A DNA stretch of 63,319 nucleotides, filler included, from Rhizaria sp. SCN 62-66 (lineage: Eukaryota), in the NCBI GenBank assembly GCA_001724265.1. It is 2 parts of 2 records of this genome, joined end to end, with 100 filler letters (N's around TTAATTAATTAA, not from the genome) between each part and the next. Parts side by side here need not be neighbours in the genome. Positions count along the whole stretch, not along the records: positions 31,726 to 63,319 come from MEDY01000356.1; 1 more part is not named here. One strand, 5' to 3'. Position numbers and translations under genes: made by a program. Shown here in pieces: positions 60,601 through 63,319 of this stretch; position 1 is the first letter of the stretch; each line of letters opens with the position of its first letter. The notes below the pieces were generated by a model that had not been told where the DNA came from, did no database searches, and saw only the letters and a program-made list of their open reading frames with translations.

Positions 60601-62157
60601 CGCAATGAACACCACATGAAGCGCAACCCTGTCATCAGCGACGAAGACGAGCGCGTGCTATTGCACTCGATTGCGCAGGCTGGCGGCTGGACGCATGGTC
60701 CTGGCAACGCGCTTATCCCCGACAACGCCCGCGGTATCCGTGACGAACGTGAGTTACGCAACCAGCTTCGGCTGCTCGTGCACATCGACTATGATTTGTT
60801 CATGGTCTGGTTCCGCGAGTCATGGTCGTTCCCGCTTGGTCTCCGTCTCTTCGGCTTCGTGCTGCTCTGGATCTACGTTATTGTGCTTGCGCTGCTGATT
60901 ATCGTGTACGGCATTCAGCTTGACAGGAACAACAGCGATAACACCAAGGAGTGGCTGCAGGCTTCCGCAATCTCCAATGTCATTGAGATCTTTGCAATGA
61001 AGCCCGTCACGATTTTCGTCAAGGCTTTCATGCTTCTCGTTCTCTCGTTCTGCTTCTGCAGTGGCAAGCCTAAGGGCCCGGCGTCCAAGTCAACTCCCGA
61101 TGACAACCTAACCGTATACAGCGCCATTGAGATGTTCGCCGGATCTGGCGCTGGTAGAGGCCACAAGCACGTTGCCACGGATCTCGAGCTCGACACCGGC
61201 GGTGCGAATGAACGTGACGGCGCTGTTGCCGTTCTTGTTGCCGGTGCTGGTGCTGGTGCTGGCGCTGCGGGTCCCTACGGCGACAATTACGACACTGCTT
61301 ACAACGGCTTTCATAACGGCAACAACAATGCTGCATTTAACTCGTCCGCGATTCCCCATTCGTCATCATCGTGGCACGGGGCTACTGCGTCTGCGCCTGC
61401 TGCGATTGAAATGACTCCCATCGGTCCTCGCAGCAACGCACGCACTGGTAACGACGGGTACGCTCCCGTGCACTCGCTGCCCTCATCACCTGCAATCAAC
61501 ACCCACGGTCTCGCGTACAACGATGACAGTAGCAATAGCAACAACACAAATGACAATGTGGCAGACGACTGGAACACCAGCGCTGCCTCCGCTGACGCTG
61601 CTGCTTCCGCTGCGGCCGCTGCCACTCTTGTGAGTATTAGCAATGCGCCTCCGGCTTCTGCTCAAACGTCGTCTTTCTCCGTGTTGCCACCGCCAATGCC
61701 GCGCTCTGCCGCAGCATCTGTATCGGCGCCACCGCCCTTGCCCCGCTCCGCTGCTGCTTCCGTGTCTGCGTCTGCATTTGCGACGTCGCCGCCGCCACCG
61801 CCGCTTCCGCGCTCTGCGGCCGTGTCCATGTCCGGCGCCGCTGGCGGCCCGCCGCTGCCGCCGCCAGTGTACATGTCCGCAACCCCAAGCGGCGGGCTCA
61901 CTAGCTCTGTCACTTCGAACGACACCGCTGACTACGACCCGTCACGCGCGCCTGTGGTGCCCGCGCTGCCGGCGCCGACGGGAGGTCTGCCGGTAATGAG
62001 CACGCGGTCGACGCAGGCGTACCAGCAGCGTGAGGCTGCGGTGTCGCAGTCAGCGCAGCGGGCACCGATGCCATTGCCGAATCACATCCCCAATGAGTAC
62101 GCACTCTCACGCACGTCTGATGGTGTTAATAACATCAATCATGGACAGCAACAATAA
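48637..62157 (+). CDS. Giant polycystin-1 (PKD1/REJ)-like surface receptor, ~4506 aa if three in-frame TAG codons are decoded: signal peptide, multiple kelch-like propellers, EGF repeats, REJ region, GAIN/GPS, ~5 TM helices, Pro-rich tail
   Basis: ORFs 48637-55545, 55585-56340, 56359-58092 and 58144-62157 share frame 1 and are separated only by single TAGs. Kelch motifs (LYGG, LYLFGG, DLWVF); EGF 'CRVNPCANNGEC...CVCPAGFYGKHCE'; REJ-like 'LRAVITGG', 'SRDPD', 'YTWSC', 'NVPPRSGVC', 'CTGWEDDPEDLPLTY'; GPS 'CEWWD...WSNAGC...CRCTHLTLF'; polycystin TM-region motif 'HLWLSV.......FSSVGRVT'. TAA stop. Confidence 0.8.
61687..61870 (+). repeat. Three imperfect tandem copies of PPP(M/L)PRSAA(A/V)S(V/M)S in the cytoplasmic tail
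   Basis: Translation of frame 1: PPPMPRSAAASVSA / PPPLPRSAAASVSA / PPPPPLPRSAAVSMS, followed by GPPLPPP. Confidence 0.8.
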
Positions 62158-63220
62158 GCAGACGCGACTGTTAGTTTTAAAGTAATTCATTGTCAGGTTA
62201 TTTTGTTCTTGTCTTTTACAATCATTATTGCTTTTTAAAATTTCTTTTGTTCACGTTTGTTTGAATCTATTATCATGTTTCTGTGTACGTACCAAACCAG
62301 ATGTCTTTTGTGATGTAATGTTGTTAAACCAAATTGTTTTGAACACCTGCAGTCACTTATTTACCGTGAATGGTGTTATTTGTATTCGAGAAATTTTCGT
62401 AATCCTCGCTAATCAGTCATGCCTGTGCATTGGTATGCACGTGTACACTGTTATTGTGTGTGTTTTCTCTATCATTCAGACATGTATACTGGAGAAAAAT
62501 TTGTATATCATCAATATTTTTTGTTAAATCTTTTTTTGTGAAGGTCATAGTATGTTCTATTATGTCATTCAGAGAAAAACATCATTCGTTAGCTTCACCG
62601 GTAACTTATTTTCTGTCTAATGTCGTGTTATGATGATGTCCATCGTCAATCGTTAGAGCTGTGCTGTGCTGTGTTGTGTTGTTCCGTGTTGTTTTACACT
62701 AGGAACACTCGCGCTTGATCTGCTATTTGCAGTGATATGAACTCCGCCGTCATCATTCTCTCTTGTAAGACGTTACTAAAAGTATATTGCTCCTGATGCA
62801 TGAGATCATATTTCTTTGCTTCGCACTTTCAAAGATTGTTACACGCAATTTTTTTATCATTCTGATGTTTGTTATGTTTGATTTTTTGTTCCTTTACGAT
62901 ATTACTTGTCCCGCGTCTACCTCCATCCACAATCTGTTTGTGTTACGAGTACAAACTGATCAACTTGGGTAGCTCGCAACAGATGTTTTCTTCAAGCTGT
63001 CGCTCTCGGAGTGCGCATAGAAAACGTATGAGAAACATCCTCTCAAACACTTACTCATTCGCACGACATTTAATCAATAAACACTCCTTGTTGTAAGTCA
63101 TATCACACAACCATACTTCTGTGTCTCCATTCTGTGTCCAGTAATTTCTCGCTTGTGGGGTAAACTTACAGCGCACAACTTCGCGAGCGAACTCATCTTT
63201 ATGAAGTTGTGTCGGCAGGG

Positions 63221-63319
63221 GGGCAAAAAGCAAATGCCGCTCGCGGCGGGAGCGCAGACAGGGCGAGTGACACAGCGCGACCAAAGGCAAAAAAAATGCA
63301 AAAAGAGAGAGTCCGCGGT
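63221..63319 (-). repeat. 99-bp repeat at the right end of the window; exact inverted copy of 31726-31824
   Basis: Base-for-base reverse-complement match, including homopolymer lengths (A5, A8, A5). Confidence 0.95.

Noticed and set aside
48637-62157. Four separate genes as listed in the ORF track
   Set aside because: The gaps are only 18-51 nt of in-frame coding sequence, two 'starts' are GTG/TTG, only the first ORF has a signal peptide, and the REJ-like region crosses a junction.
63051-63290. 79-aa minus-strand ORF at the window end
   Set aside because: Starts inside the 99-bp repeat, is AT-rich and has no recognisable domain. Could be a remnant but cannot be supported.
1-63319. CRISPR arrays, tRNA/rRNA genes, prokaryotic operons, pyrrolysine or selenocysteine systems
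   Set aside because: No repeat-spacer array, cloverleaf or rRNA-like sequence was seen by eye. The DNA is intron-containing eukaryotic sequence, and there are no in-frame TGA or Pyl biosynthesis genes in the window.

Overview
Eukaryotic nuclear DNA, apparently from a flagellated protist with mitochondria. GC-rich exons alternate with AT-rich spliceosomal introns (127-301 nt) and short intergenic regions. The window is two contigs joined by an artificial 100-nt spacer (44 N + TTAATTAATTAA + 44 N, 31626-31725). Left contig: a 5'-truncated coiled-coil protein, MROH1-like HEAT protein, serine palmitoyltransferase LCB2, axonemal dynein heavy chain (DNAH1-like), mitochondrial ribosomal L7/L12, an Rpp14/Pop5-family protein and a broken ORF at the gap. 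Right contig: bystin, a divergent alpha-COP, a stand-alone mitochondrial lipoyl-like protein whose lipoyl lysine is replaced by Ile, a MAPR/cytochrome b5-like protein, a multi-pass alkaline-phosphatase-superfamily protein, a 328-bp MITE and a 13.5-kb kelch/EGF/REJ/GPS polycystin-1-like gene. Main finding: that giant gene is one continuous reading frame (48637-62157) broken only by three in-frame TAG codons. None of the 12 gene ends modelled here uses TAG (9 TAA, 3 TGA). This suggests a nuclear genetic code in which UAG is a sense codon while UAA/UGA remain stops; pseudogenisation, RNA editing or readthrough are not excluded. Other notable points: a GTAYGT (mostly GTACGT) splice-donor consensus and a perfect 99-bp inverted repeat at both ends of the right contig. 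All family assignments are motif recognition by eye, without database searches.
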